A DNA stretch of 64,000 nucleotides, taken from positions 672,001 to 736,000 of the forward strand of contig CAVSIV010000006.1 in the NCBI GenBank assembly GCA_963728205.1, in the 5' to 3' direction. The position numbers were made by a program, and so were the translations under genes. Shown piece after piece: positions 48,734 to 60,713 of this stretch (its first letter is position 1; every line of letters begins with the position of its first letter). A model generated the notes under the pieces. It saw only the letters and a list, made by a program, of their open reading frames with translations. It was not told where the DNA came from and made no database searches. Source of the stretch: an uncultured Chloroflexia bacterium (lineage in GTDB: Bacteria > Chloroflexota > Dehalococcoidia > UBA2979).

Positions 48734-51700
48734 CTACCGCACGGTGCTCGACTGCGCCTGCTTCACGACCTCGATGCGGTCGGGGAGGCGTTCCGCCAGC
48801 TCCGGCACGTGGGAGATCACGCCGATCACGCGCGTGCCGCCGGCGAGGGTCTCGAGGCCCTGCACGGCGAGGTCCAGCGACTCCGCATCCAGCGAGCCGA
48901 AACCCTCGTCGAGGAAGAGCGACTCCAGCGCGACGGCGCCGCCGGCGCCCGACAGCTGGGGGAGGTGCTCGGAGAGCGACAGCGCGAGCGCGAGGCTCGC
49001 GAGGAACGTCTCGCCGCCGGAGAGCGTCTTCACCGAGCGGCGCTCGTCCCCGTTGAGACGGTCGACCACGAGAAACTCGTCGTCCTCCGCGATCAGCTCG
49101 TAGCGCCCGCTCGTGAACTGTCCCAGGTGCTGCGAGGCGTCGGCGGCGAGCAGCTGCATCGCCTCCTGCTGCACGTAGGCGATGAAGCGGTTGCCGCGCA
49201 GCTCCTGCTCGAGCGCGCCGGCGAGCGCGGCCGACGCCTCGTGTGAGCGGATCTCGTCGCGCATGCGCTGCGACTCCGCGACGGCACCGTGCGCGTGCTT
49301 GAGCCGCTCGCCCAGCGCGCCGAGCTGACCGGAGACGCCGCGCTCCTCCGCCTCGTGCGCGAGCATGATCCCGCGCAGCGGCTCGATGCCGGGCTCGCCG
49401 TCCGCGACCGCCTCGCGCCAGGCGCCGGCGAACGCCGCGCGCGCCGCCGCGGCGGCGTCCTCCGCCTCCCGACACGCGGCTGCCGCCGCCGTCGACTCCG
49501 CACCCGCCTGCGCGCGCGCCGCCTCCCGCGCCTCGCGCTGGCCCTGGGCCGCGGCGAGCGCCGCGGCCAGCTCCCCCAGCAACGCGTCGAGCGCGCGCGC
49601 CCGCGTCGCGCGTTGCTCCGCCGCTGCGAGCTGCGCCCGCAGCTCGACGGGCGGCGCGTCGTCGTCCCCGCGCCGGGCGGCGAGCCGCTCTTCCGCCACC
49701 GCGCGCGCCGCGTCCGCCTGCTCGCGCGCCTGCGCCGCCCGCTCGAGCGCGACCGCCGCCTCGCGGTCGGCGCGCTCGGCGTCGCGGGCGACGGCGCCGG
49801 CATCCGCAGCCGTCCGCGCGGCCTGCAGGTACGCCTCGACGTCCGCGATCAGCGCCGCCGGCGCCGCGTCGTCCTCGGCGCGCGGCCCGTCGGCCGGCAC
49901 GACCTCCTGCGGCACCCGCGCCAGCGCCAGCCGCAGCGCGCTCGCCGCCTCGCGGTGCGCGGCCGCCGCCCGGCGCGCGGTGACGGCCCGCTCGCGCGCT
50001 GCGCCCACCGCGGCCATCGCGGCCTCGAAGGCCGCGGGCAGTCCGTCCTCCGCGGCGAAGCCGAGGCGCGCGTCGACGTCGGCGCGGCGCTGCTGAAGGT
50101 CGGCGAGCATGCGCGTCGCGGCCTCGGCGCGCGCGGTCGACGCGGCGACGGCGGCGGAGCGCTCCTCGGCGAGCGCACGCGCCTCCTGCAGCACGTGCTC
50201 CGCCTCGCGCACCGCCGCTGCGGCCGCGTCGAGGTTCGGCGCCTCCTCCGGGTGGATCTCGGTGATCGTCTCGCCGCACACCGGGCAGCGATCGCCGGGC
50301 TTGAGCGCCCGCTGCAGCCGCGCCGCGGCGTGGCGAACGCGCAACGACTCCAGCAGCTCGCGACGCGTCTCCACGGCGGCGACCGCCCGGTCGCGCGCCT
50401 TCACCGCCGACGCGCTCGCGGCCTTCGCCTGCTTCAGATCGTCGCGCGCCAGCGCGCCAATCTCGCGCGCCTCCCGCAGCTCGTCGCGCAGCTGCTCGTA
50501 CGTCGCGCAAATCGCCTCGAGCTGGCGCGCGTGCTCCGCCCGTTCCGCCTCCTGCCGTTCGGCCGCGCCCTGCTCCGCGTCGGCCTCCGCCGCCGCGCCC
50601 TCGCGCTGCTCCGCCGCGCGCATCGCCCGCCCGGCGGCGGACGCCAGCACCGCGGCGGCCGCGCCGCGCGCGGCTTCGGCGTGCGCGCTCTCCTGCAGCG
50701 CCTTCGCGTGGGCCACGGCCGCGCGCTGCGCCCCCGCCCGCGCCTCCTGCAGCGCGCGCTCCGCCGCGGCAAGCGCAGCGGCCGCCTGTGCGACGTCGCG
50801 CTCGGCCTCCTCGCGCAGCGCGATCAGCGACACACGGCGCTCCACCTCGCGGTGCGCGTCGGCGTCGTAGCCCAGCCGCGCGCGCTCCGCTTCCGCGGCC
50901 GCGCGCTCCTTGGTCGCCTGCGCGATGCGCGTGCTCGACGCGGTCAGCTCCTGCTCCGCGCGCGCCAGCGCGTCGGCCGCGCTGCGGGCCCGCTGCCCGG
51001 CCTGCGCCGCCGCCTTCGCCGCGTCGCGGTCGGCGCGCGCGAGCTCGGCGAGCGCGGCCAGCCGCTCGCGGCGCTCCGCGAGCACGCCCGCCCGCGTCTC
51101 GAGCGTCGCGCGCTCCGCCTCGAGCGCCGCGATCGACTCCGGCGTGGCGACGTCGAGCCGCGCGAGCTGCGTCTGCAGCGTCTCGGCCCGCGTGCGCGAC
51201 TGGCCGGCCCGCCGCGCGGCGATGCCGCGCGCCTCGGCGTAGATGCCGAGGCCGAGCAGCCGCGTCATGATGTCGCGCCGCTCGCGCTGGTCGCCCTTGA
51301 GGAACGAGTCGAACGCGCCCTGCGGCAGGAGGACGGTGCGGATGAACGTCTGGTAGTCGAGGCCGAGCACCTTCGTCACCTGTTCCGTGACGTCGCGCGA
51401 GCGGTCCGCGATCGGCTCCCACTCGCCGTCCTCCGTCTGGCGCTCGAACCGCGTCGCGGTCGTGCCGGGCGCGCGCCGGCTCACGCGGTAGTGGCGGCCG
51501 CGCGTCGAGAACTCGAAGTGCACGGACATCGCGTTCGCACCGTGAGAGATCAGCTGGCGCGTCGACGCGCCCACGCGCGGCACCTGGCCGTACAGCGCCC
51601 ACGTGATCGCGTCGAGCAGCGACGACTTCCCGGCGCCGGTCGGACCCGTGATGACGAACAGCCGCCGCCCCTCGAAGTCGACGCTGGTCGATTCGCGAAA

Positions 51701-51739
51701 GGCGGTGAACCCCTTGAGCTCGAGGCGCAGCGGCTTCAC
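48734..51739 (-). CDS. sbcC: SbcC/Rad50 SMC-like ATPase
   Basis: GPTGAGKS, coiled coil, CPVC Zn hook, LSGGE, LDEGFGSLD. Confidence 0.95.
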   Translation of the reverse strand: MKPLRLELKGFTAFRESTSVDFEGRRLFVITGPTGAGKSSLLDAITWALYGQVPRVGASTRQLISHGANAMSVHFEFSTRGRHYRVSRRAPGTTATRFERQTEDGEWEPIADRSRDVTEQVTKVLGLDYQTFIRTVLLPQGAFDSFLKGDQRERRDIMTRLLGLGIYAEARGIAARRAGQSRTRAETLQTQLARLDVATPESIAALEAERATLETRAGVLAERRERLAALAELARADRDAAKAAAQAGQRARSAADALARAEQELTASSTRIAQATKERAAAEAERARLGYDADAHREVERRVSLIALREEAERDVAQAAAALAAAERALQEARAGAQRAAVAHAKALQESAHAEAARGAAAAVLASAAGRAMRAAEQREGAAAEADAEQGAAERQEAERAEHARQLEAICATYEQLRDELREAREIGALARDDLKQAKAASASAVKARDRAVAAVETRRELLESLRVRHAAARLQRALKPGDRCPVCGETITEIHPEEAPNLDAAAAAVREAEHVLQEARALAEERSAAVAASTARAEAATRMLADLQQRRADVDARLGFAAEDGLPAAFEAAMAAVGAARERAVTARRAAAAHREAASALRLALARVPQEVVPADGPRAEDDAAPAALIADVEAYLQAARTAADAGAVARDAERADREAAVALERAAQAREQADAARAVAEERLAARRGDDDAPPVELRAQLAAAEQRATRARALDALLGELAAALAAAQGQREAREAARAQAGAESTAAAAACREAEDAAAAARAAFAGAWREAVADGEPGIEPLRGIMLAHEAEERGVSGQLGALGERLKHAHGAVAESQRMRDEIRSHEASAALAGALEQELRGNRFIAYVQQEAMQLLAADASQHLGQFTSGRYELIAEDDEFLVVDRLNGDERRSVKTLSGGETFLASLALALSLSEHLPQLSGAGGAVALESLFLDEGFGSLDAESLDLAVQGLETLAGGTRVIGVISHVPELAERLPDRIEVVKQAQSSTVR

Positions 51740-52929
51740 GACAGCACCACCGCCTCTTCCATCAACTCCCGGAAGAGGGCGAGCAGCTCGAGCCTGGGCT
51801 CGGCGCCGTGCTCGGCGCGGTAGTAGCGGACGAACAGCTGCTCGGGGGAGAGCGTCGCGAACTCCGACTCGGGACTCGCCGCGTCGTCGCGCTGGTAGTC
51901 GAGCCGCACGTCGACGGCCTGCGGGATCGCCTCGCGCAGCCGCTGCGCCAGCCCCGGCTCGGGCGCGTCGACCTCGAGCACGGCCCGGACGTAGGCGTCG
52001 CCGGCCCCGGCAGCCGCCGCGATCACCGCGTCAGGTGTCCCGCGCAGCTCCATGAGCTGGCGGCCGCGCGCGAGCGGGATCGCCCGCTGCTCGACCGGCC
52101 GCCCGGGCCGCGCGTCGATCACGCGCACGACCTTCTGCTGGCCGCGCTCGCCGAAGTCGAGCTGAAGGGGCGAGCCCGCGTAGGCGGTCGGCGCCGGCGC
52201 GTCGGCGATCACCTGCGGCTGATGGATGTGGCCGAGCGCGAGGTACTGCGGCTCCGCCGGCAGCGCCTGCGGCGAGACGCCGTAGGTCTTGTCGATGTGC
52301 AGCCGGCGCTCCGAGCCGTCGACCGCCGCGAGCAGCGCGCCGTCGACGAAGAGGTGCCCGGCCAGGAGGTGGATGCGGCCCGGCATGAAGCCCTCGACCA
52401 TCCGCGCGTACACGTTTGCCACGCGGTCGTGGTACGTCTTGCGCGACTCCGCCTCGTCCTGCACGACCTCGAGCGCGTCGAGCACCTTGCCGTCCGGCAC
52501 CCACGGGATCGCCGCCACCTCTGCGACCTCGGCTTCCTGCATGCCGGGATGCCCGGCGGGGCCCCGCGTGAAGGTCACGATCCCGCCGGCGCTCGCGGGC
52601 AGGATCACGTTCGACTGCACGCGCACGCCGACCAGCTCCGACAGCCGCCCCATCGCCTCGAGGCGGCGCGGTGAGTCGTGGTTGCCGGCAAGCAGCAGCA
52701 CCTCGACGCCGGCGCCGACGAACTCGCGCAGCGAGTCGAACAGGAGCCGCTCGGAGCCGGGGCCCGGCGAGGCGCTGTCGAAGATGTCGCCGGCGACGAT
52801 CAGGACGTCGACACGCTCGTGCGTGGCGACGTCGAGGATCTCGGCGAGGACGTCGTGCATCTCCTCCGCGCGCGAGCGGCCGCGCAGCGTGCGGCCGAGG
52901 TGCCAGTCGGCGGTGTGGAGGAAGCGCAT
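51736..52929 (-). CDS. sbcD: SbcD/Mre11 nuclease
   Basis: HTADWHLG, AGDIFD, GNHD, LGHIH. Confidence 0.95.
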   Translation of the reverse strand: MRFLHTADWHLGRTLRGRSRAEEMHDVLAEILDVATHERVDVLIVAGDIFDSASPGPGSERLLFDSLREFVGAGVEVLLLAGNHDSPRRLEAMGRLSELVGVRVQSNVILPASAGGIVTFTRGPAGHPGMQEAEVAEVAAIPWVPDGKVLDALEVVQDEAESRKTYHDRVANVYARMVEGFMPGRIHLLAGHLFVDGALLAAVDGSERRLHIDKTYGVSPQALPAEPQYLALGHIHQPQVIADAPAPTAYAGSPLQLDFGERGQQKVVRVIDARPGRPVEQRAIPLARGRQLMELRGTPDAVIAAAAGAGDAYVRAVLEVDAPEPGLAQRLREAIPQAVDVRLDYQRDDAASPESEFATLSPEQLFVRYYRAEHGAEPRLELLALFRELMEEAVVLS

Positions 52930-53002
52930 CAGGCGCCACCTTGTGCTCGCGCGGGCTTCCGCCCGCGTCGGCTGTCCGGGCGCGCGGCCCGTCGGCAAGT
53001 CA

Positions 53003-53090
53003 CAGCGGCGGCAGATCTGCCGCCGACACGACGCGGACGCAGTCCGCGGCTGTCGCCGCGCTCCTGTCGGCGGCATATCTGCCGCCGCTT
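53003..53090. repeat. REPIN-like element between herA and sbcD
   Basis: Inverted REP pair with the conserved gcggacgcagtccgc spacer hairpin. Confidence 0.9.
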
Positions 53091-53134
53091 CACGATCATG
53101 CTCATGCCCGCCGCGCGCCCGGACTTCGCTGCCA

Positions 53135-54894
<1,760 letters not shown>

Positions 54895-54898
<4 letters not shown>

Positions 54899-55962
54899 CC
54901 GAACACCTCCTCGCGCGCCGGGCGCGCGACCGATGCGGTGACCAGGCGCCGGATGAAGAGCCGGTCGCCGAGCAGGTGCGTGAGGCGGGCCTCGAGCGCC
55001 GCGACCGGCGTGAGGTTCTGCGGCGCGCGCGGGTCGCGCACGGGCGACGACGCAAGACGCGGCATCAGCACGGCGGTCTCGTCGGCGAGCCGGACGGCCT
55101 CGGCGAGCGGCAGCGTGCCCGACGTCTCGAGCCGCATGACGCCGCCGAGCGGGTGGTACTGCACCCCGAGGTCGGCGAGCCGCAGGAACCAGGAGTAGCG
55201 GCCGTCGGTCTGCGCGCCGCCGTTCACGGCCTGCGCGTCGGCGGGCGGGATGTGGAACACGGGCGTGCGCTCGCCGGCGCGCAGCGTCGGCAGCAGGTCC
55301 ATCTCCGCACGGCCGATGTACCACTGCTGGATGCGCTTGATGTAGCCGACGACGTGTCGCCCCGGCGAGCGGAGCGAGCGCAGCGGGCCGTCGACCAGCG
55401 TGAGCGCCGACTCGTCCCGCGACAGCTCCTCGGCGAGCTTCGATTCCTCGTCGAGCATCACCTGGTTCAGCCGCGCGACCAGCGCGTTCGCGGTCGACGC
55501 GCGCCGCACCGGCTCGGCGCGAAAGACGAGCCGCGCGCGGCCGGCGGTCATCTCGATGTCGGGGGCCGCACCGTCGTCGACGAGCCCGGCGGCGTCTCCG
55601 GTGTAGAAGTACCGGCGCTCGATGCGCATGCGGTCGTCGAGCAGCCGCGCGGGGACGCCCTGGCGGCGGCGCGGGGCGGCGCCGTCGAACGGCCCGCAGC
55701 GCACGGCGCCGACGCCGAACGACCCGAACAGCCCGAAGATCGGGGTGCCGTCCGGCGCGTCGTCCATCGCGTGCGCCTCGGCGCGACGCACGCCATCCAC
55801 CACCTGCACGGCCGGGAGCGAGGCCGGCGCGGGGGTGACCGGCTGCCATACGTGCCGCTCCACGGTGACGTCGGGCGGCCCGGCCGCGGCCTCGTCGGCC
55901 TCGGCGTCGAACTGCATCGAGGTGCCGTACTCGGGCTGCCAGGGCAGGAGTCGGACGGACAT
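54895..55962 (-). CDS. nurA: NurA 5'-3' nuclease
   Basis: VDGVRR, VDGPL, GYIK, GERTP, RAPQNL.P...LE; ATGA overlap with herA. Confidence 0.82.
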
Positions 55963-56091
55963 CGGATCGCCTGGGAGTCGGGGAGACACCGCGGTCTGGA
56001 AGGGACCCGCGCAGTATAGCGCATCGAACACCAGTTCGGGTCAGGTGCTTCAGCGATTACGGGGTTTCCGGCCGCACGGCTTCCGTCCTCG

Positions 56092-56183
56092 AAGCGGCGG
56101 GAGACATGCCGCCGACAGGACGCGGACGCAGTCCGCGGCTGGCGCCGCGCTTCTGTCGGCGGCATGTCTGCCGCCGCTTTGAC
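56092..56183. repeat. REPIN-like element
   Basis: Inverted REP pair, same spacer as the 15754 copy. Confidence 0.9.
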
Positions 56184-56289
56184 TCCAGGGGACCCGACGC
56201 CTGCCCCGTGGCCCCGGTGGCACCCGTCAGCGGCGGGCGTTACGCCCGGCGTTCGCCGTCGGCGCCTTCGCCGCTTACGCTCGCTTCCC

Positions 56290-57054
56290 ATGACAGAGCA
56301 CCGCCCCGAGCGCGTCTTCGAGCCCGGTGTCGACCGTGCGCGCTACGTGCAGCGCATGTTCGGCGAGATCTCCGACCGCTACGACCTCCTCAACCGGGTG
56401 ATGACGCTCGGGCAGGACCAGTCGTGGCGGCGCGAGGCCGCGCGCGAGCTGGTCCGGCCCGGCGACTGCGTCGTCGACGTCGGCTGCGGCACGGGCGACC
56501 TGACGTTCGCGTGCCTCGAGGCCGGCGCGGACAACGTCGCGGCCGTCGACTTCGCCCGGCCGATGCTCGGCCGCGCGCGGGCGAAGGCCATCCACATGGG
56601 CCTGCGCGACCGCGTGTGCTGGGTGCACGGCGACGCCACGCGGCTGCCGCTCGGCGACGCCAGCGTCGACGGCTGGTGCTCCGCGTTCGTCGTCCGCAAC
56701 ATCCCCGACCTCGACGCCGCGCTGGCCGAGGCCTTCCGCGTGCTGCGCCCCGGCGGCCGGCTGGCGACGCTCGAGATCCCGCGCATGGATCGGGGCTGGC
56801 TGCGCCCCCTGGCGCGCGTGCACTTCCAGCGTGTCGTGCCGCTCCTCGGTCGCGCCATCGCCGGACACGCCGAGGCGTACCGCTACCTGCCGGTGTCGGT
56901 GGACCACTTCCTCACGCCGCCGGAGTTCACGCGCCGCCTGATCGCGGCCGGCTTCCGCATGCGCCGCGTCGACCTGCTGATGCTGAACACGGTGGCGCTG
57001 CACGTCGCCGAGAAGCCGGCGGTCCCGGCGGACGGCTCCGCGTTGGCGGGCTGA
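56290..57054 (+). CDS. ubiE: Demethylmenaquinone/ubiquinone methyltransferase
   Basis: MFGEIS.RYDLLNR...G.D..WR, DVGCGTG, AY.YL..S. Confidence 0.9.
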   Translation: MTEHRPERVFEPGVDRARYVQRMFGEISDRYDLLNRVMTLGQDQSWRREAARELVRPGDCVVDVGCGTGDLTFACLEAGADNVAAVDFARPMLGRARAKAIHMGLRDRVCWVHGDATRLPLGDASVDGWCSAFVVRNIPDLDAALAEAFRVLRPGGRLATLEIPRMDRGWLRPLARVHFQRVVPLLGRAIAGHAEAYRYLPVSVDHFLTPPEFTRRLIAAGFRMRRVDLLMLNTVALHVAEKPAVPADGSALAG

Positions 57055-57114
57055 GCAGCCGTCGGCCCCCGTGACATGCTCGATGAGCGCGGGCCGAGCG
57101 GCCCGCGGCGCGCG

Positions 57115-57594
57115 CTACCTCAGGAACGCATCACCCAGGGGCGAACGCGGCACGTCATCGCCGGCGTTCACCATGTGGTGCGCGAGCGGGCCCAGGCCGG
57201 ACAGCACCTCCGCGATCTCCTGCTCGCCGACACCCGCCTCGCGCATCGCCGTCGTGAACAGGCGCAGCCAGCGGCCGGCGGCGCGCTCGTCGATCACGAA
57301 CGGGAAGTGGCGCATCCGCAGCCGCGGGTGGCCGTAGCGCTCGCTGTAGCGCGGCTCGCCGCCGAGCCACTGCTCGACGAACAGCTTCTGCTTCTCGCGC
57401 CCGGGGCCCAGGTCGTCGGGGAAGAGCGGGCGCAGCACCTCGTCGCGCTCCACGTGGTCGTAGAAGGCGTCGACGATGCGCTCGACGGCGGCGCGCCCGC
57501 CGACGCGCTCGAACAGCGGCGCGGCGCCCTCGGGCGCGCGGGCCGGCCGCCGCGACGGCGGTGGCGACGCGGGGAGGTCGCGGGGGGAGGTCAT
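57115..57594 (-). CDS. Group II truncated hemoglobin (trHbO)
   Basis: GG...VDAFY, LGGEPRYS..YGHPRLRMRH.PF. Confidence 0.92.
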   Translation of the reverse strand: MTSPRDLPASPPPSRRPARAPEGAAPLFERVGGRAAVERIVDAFYDHVERDEVLRPLFPDDLGPGREKQKLFVEQWLGGEPRYSERYGHPRLRMRHFPFVIDERAAGRWLRLFTTAMREAGVGEQEIAEVLSGLGPLAHHMVNAGDDVPRSPLGDAFLR

Positions 57595-57815
57595 GGGCTC
57601 GTCTCGTCTCCGGGGCGTCGCGCCTCGCGCCGCACGTCCGCCGTGTCGTCGCGTCGCTCGTACCCGGAGCAGGCGCGCACCGGCAGCGGCGGGTACTTCG
57701 GAAAGCGCGGGTCCGCTTCCGACCGGCCGCAGCGCAGGAACACGGAGCCGCGCGCGCTCTCGACGCGTCGCGACCACGCGCAGGTGTCGCACAGGCCGGC
57801 CGGGACGAGGGTCAC
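57591..57815 (-). CDS. Small four-Cys hypothetical protein
   Basis: GLCDTC...RGSVFLRC...DPRFPKYPPLPVRACSGY; ATGA overlap with the globin start. Confidence 0.7.
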   Translation of the reverse strand: MTLVPAGLCDTCAWSRRVESARGSVFLRCGRSEADPRFPKYPPLPVRACSGYERRDDTADVRREARRPGDETSP

Positions 57816-57958
57816 GCACTCAGTGTAGGCGACGCGGGCTGGAGGCGTGCTTCGCGCGGCGCTCGGTCGAGGCGCCGGTCGCCGCCGGTCGCCGGGCGGT
57901 GCGCCGGCCACTGGTAGGATCGTCGTCCACGACGACGCGACGCCCGGCAAGGAACACG

Positions 57959-58171
57959 ATGCACGCCCACCTCCAGGCCGTGATGCCCTACGAGCTCCAT
58001 GGCACCCGCTACTACCAGCTCGTCTTCGTCCCCGAGGGGCAGCAGCGCCCGCAGCAGGCGCGCCTCTCGCACGACATGATCTACGCGGACCCGCGGCCGG
58101 GCGATCAGATCGAGGTGCACGCCATCCTGGGCGTCGTCGACCGCGTCGAGCGCGCCGCCGCCGCCGACTGA
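57959..58171 (+). CDS. Small beta-rich (OB-fold-like) hypothetical protein
   Basis: AAGGA RBS, ATG 57959, GC3-biased codons, PRPGDQIEV. Confidence 0.65.
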   Translation: MHAHLQAVMPYELHGTRYYQLVFVPEGQQRPQQARLSHDMIYADPRPGDQIEVHAILGVVDRVERAAAAD

Positions 58172-58200
58172 GCGGACCGAGCACCAGGCGAGGAGCACAC

Positions 58201-59214
58201 GTGACGAACCAGCCGGCCGACGGCGAGACGCCGCCGGGCCTCCGCTTTCCCGACAGCGACGACTTCCCGACGGGCCCCGCCGTCGGCGAACCGCTCCCGG
58301 ACTTCACGCTCCCAGACCAGTCCGGCGCGCCGGTCACGTTCTCCGCGGCGCGCGGCGACCGGCGGGCGGCCGTCGTCTTTCTGCGCTCGTCGCGCTGGTG
58401 ACCGTACTGCCGCACGCAGCTGGTTCAGCTGCAGCAGCACCTGGCGGACTTCGAGGCCGAGGGCGTCGCCGTCTTCGCGATCCTGCCGGACGCGCCCGAG
58501 GCGCTGGCCGCGTTCGCGACCGAGTACGGCATCACCTACCCGTTGCTGAGCGACGCCGACTCCGCGGCGATCCGCCGCTTCGGCATCCTCAACACGCTGA
58601 TCCGGCCGGACGAGGCAATCTACGGCATTCCCTATCCCGGCACGTACATCACCGACGCGCAGGGCGTCGTCGTGGAGAAGCGCTTCTACCGCCGCTACCA
58701 GGTGCGCGACGACGTCGAGTCGCTGCTGCACGCGCGCTTCGGCGCCGCGCTGCACGCCGAGCAGGACGCGGCGGTCGCGGCCGAGTCGCCGGGCGTGCGG
58801 GTGAGCGCGGTCCTCGGCGGCAGCGAGTTCGTGTTCCAGCGGCGCGCGACGCTGTTCGTGCGGCTCGACCTCGACGCCGGTCTGCACGTCTACGGCCCGC
58901 CGGTGCCGGAGGGCTACATCGGCACCGAGGTCACCGTCGCCGGCCCGGACGGCCTGATCGTCGAGCCGGCGGCCTACCCGCCGACGCACCCCGTGCGCTT
59001 CGAGGCGCTGAACGAGACGCTGCACGTGATCGAGAGCCCCGTCGAGATCGCCGTCCCGCTCACGGCGAACATCCGCGAGGGCGACGCGGTCCCGCTGGAG
59101 ATCACGGTCCAGTACCAGGCGTGCGACGACCGCCAGTGCTTCCTTCCGCAGCGCCAGGTGCTGCAGCTCGACGTCCCGCTGGCGCCGCTGAACCGCCCGC
59201 CGCGCCGGGGCTAG
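58201..59214 (+). CDS. Selenoprotein: AhpC/TSA-like redoxin (UPYC) fused to a DsbD N-terminal-like domain, 337 aa
   Basis: AGGAG RBS; in-frame TGA 58399-58401 in RW-U-PYC; frame stays open to TAG 59214; C-terminal YQACDDRQCF.P. Confidence 0.88.
58407..58437 (+). promoter_or_regulatory. Candidate bacterial SECIS element
   Basis: GCAGCTG-GTT-CAGCTGC (58416-58432), G-led loop 21 nt after the UGA, lower CTGC/GCAG stem. Confidence 0.72.
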
Positions 59215-59220
59215 CCGTCG

Positions 59221-59468
59221 CGACGCCATCCGCCGCCGCGAGCGCCATCCGCCGCCGCGACGCCATCCGCCGCCGCGACGCCATCCGCCGGCGGGACGCC
59301 ATCCGCCGCCGCGACGCCATCCGCCGGCGGGACGCCATCCGCCGCCGCGAGCGCCATCCGCCGCCGCGACGCCATCCGCCGCCGCGACGCCATCCGCCGC
59401 ACGCCATCCGCCGCAGCGACGCCATCCGCCGGCGCGACGCCATCCGCCGGCGGGACGCCATCCGCCGC
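59221..59468. repeat. About 14 tandem copies of an ~18-bp unit GCCATCCGCCGCCGCGAC
   Basis: GCCATCCG counted 14 times; no unique spacers. Confidence 0.92.
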
Positions 59469-59564
59469 CACAGCGGCGGCAGATATGCCGCCGACAGGGC
59501 GCGGACGCAGTCCGCGGCTGACACCGCCCATCCGTCGGCGGCATGTCTGCCGCCGCTGTGGCGG
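59466..59564. repeat. REPIN-like element
   Basis: gccacagcggcggcagatatgccgccgac ... gtcggcggcatgtctgccgccgctgtggcgg. Confidence 0.9.
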
Positions 59565-59712
59565 ACCGCCCGCGCCACCTCGACTCATCCCGGCATGGAA
59601 CGCACCGATCGGGAGGGATCGGCACCCTGCCTGGTGCCGCTCGACCCCACTGGCGCTCGGCACCCTGCCTGGTGCCGCTCGACGCCACGGGCGGTGCCCC
59701 TACGATCGCGAC

Positions 59713-60594
59713 ATGACGAACGCCCCCGCCGCCGCGCCCGACACCGCCCGCCTGCTCGTCCAGTGTCCCGACCAGCCCGGCATCGTCGCGGCCGTATCGA
59801 GCTTCCTCTTCGCCCACGGCGCGAACATCGTCCAGGCCGACCAGTTCTCGTCGCTCGGCGGGCACGGCCGCTTCTTCATGCGCACGGAGTTCGAGCTCGG
59901 CGGGCTTGACCGGCCGATCGGCGACGTGGAGCGCGCGTTCGCTGCCGAGATCGCGCCGCGCTTCGAGATGGAGTGGCGCGTCTCGCTCGCCGCGCGCCGG
60001 CCGCGCGTCGCGATCCTCGTGTCGCGCTTCGATCACTGCCTGCTCGAGCTGCTCTGGCGCTGGGGCCGCGGCGAGCTCGCGATCGACATCGCCGTCGTGA
60101 TCTCGAACCACGACCGCCTGCGCGAGGCCGTCGAGCGCTTCGGCATCCCGTTCCGCCACCTGCCGGTGACGCGCGAGACGAAGGCGGCGCAGGAGGCGGA
60201 GATCCTCGACCTCGTCGACGCGGAGCGCGTCGACCTGATCGTGCTCGCGCGCTACATGCAGATCCTGTCGAGCGACTTCGTCGCACGGCACCCGGCGCGC
60301 GTGATCAACATCCACCACTCGTTCCTGCCCGCGTTCGCCGGCGCCGACCCGTACGGCCAGGCGTTCGACCGCGGCGTCAAGATCATCGGCGCGACGGCGC
60401 ACTACGCGACGCAGGACCTCGACGAGGGGCCGATCATCGAGCAGGACGTGGTGCGGGTGTCGCACCGTGACACGCGCGACGACCTGGTGCGGCTGGGGCG
60501 CGAGGTGGAGCGGTCGGTGCTGGCGCGCGCGGTGCAGTGGCACATCGAGGACCGGGTGTTCGTGCACGGCAACAAGACGGTGGTGTTCCGATAA
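59713..60594 (+). CDS. purU: Formyltetrahydrofolate deformylase
   Basis: ACT domain [34 protein letters not shown]. Confidence 0.96.
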   Translation: MTNAPAAAPDTARLLVQCPDQPGIVAAVSSFLFAHGANIVQADQFSSLGGHGRFFMRTEFELGGLDRPIGDVERAFAAEIAPRFEMEWRVSLAARRPRVAILVSRFDHCLLELLWRWGRGELAIDIAVVISNHDRLREAVERFGIPFRHLPVTRETKAAQEAEILDLVDAERVDLIVLARYMQILSSDFVARHPARVINIHHSFLPAFAGADPYGQAFDRGVKIIGATAHYATQDLDEGPIIEQDVVRVSHRDTRDDLVRLGREVERSVLARAVQWHIEDRVFVHGNKTVVFR

Positions 60595-60713
60595 ACCGTC
60601 ATCCTTGCTAACATCGTTGCAATGACTCACCACCCCGCGCTGCGATGGCGCGGACACCGCACCCCTGGTTCGCCTCACCTGGTCTGCCCGGCCACACTGC
60701 GCGGAGACGTGCT

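Noticed and set aside
47661-51602. 1313-aa ORF and other long Arg/Ala-rich alternative-frame or antisense ORFs (e.g. 8935-11352, 22465-24960, 58105-60678)
   Set aside because: Shadow ORFs expected at very high GC; no motifs; they overlap well-supported genes
59221-59468. CRISPR array
   Set aside because: Units are contiguous with no unique spacers, and no cas genes are present
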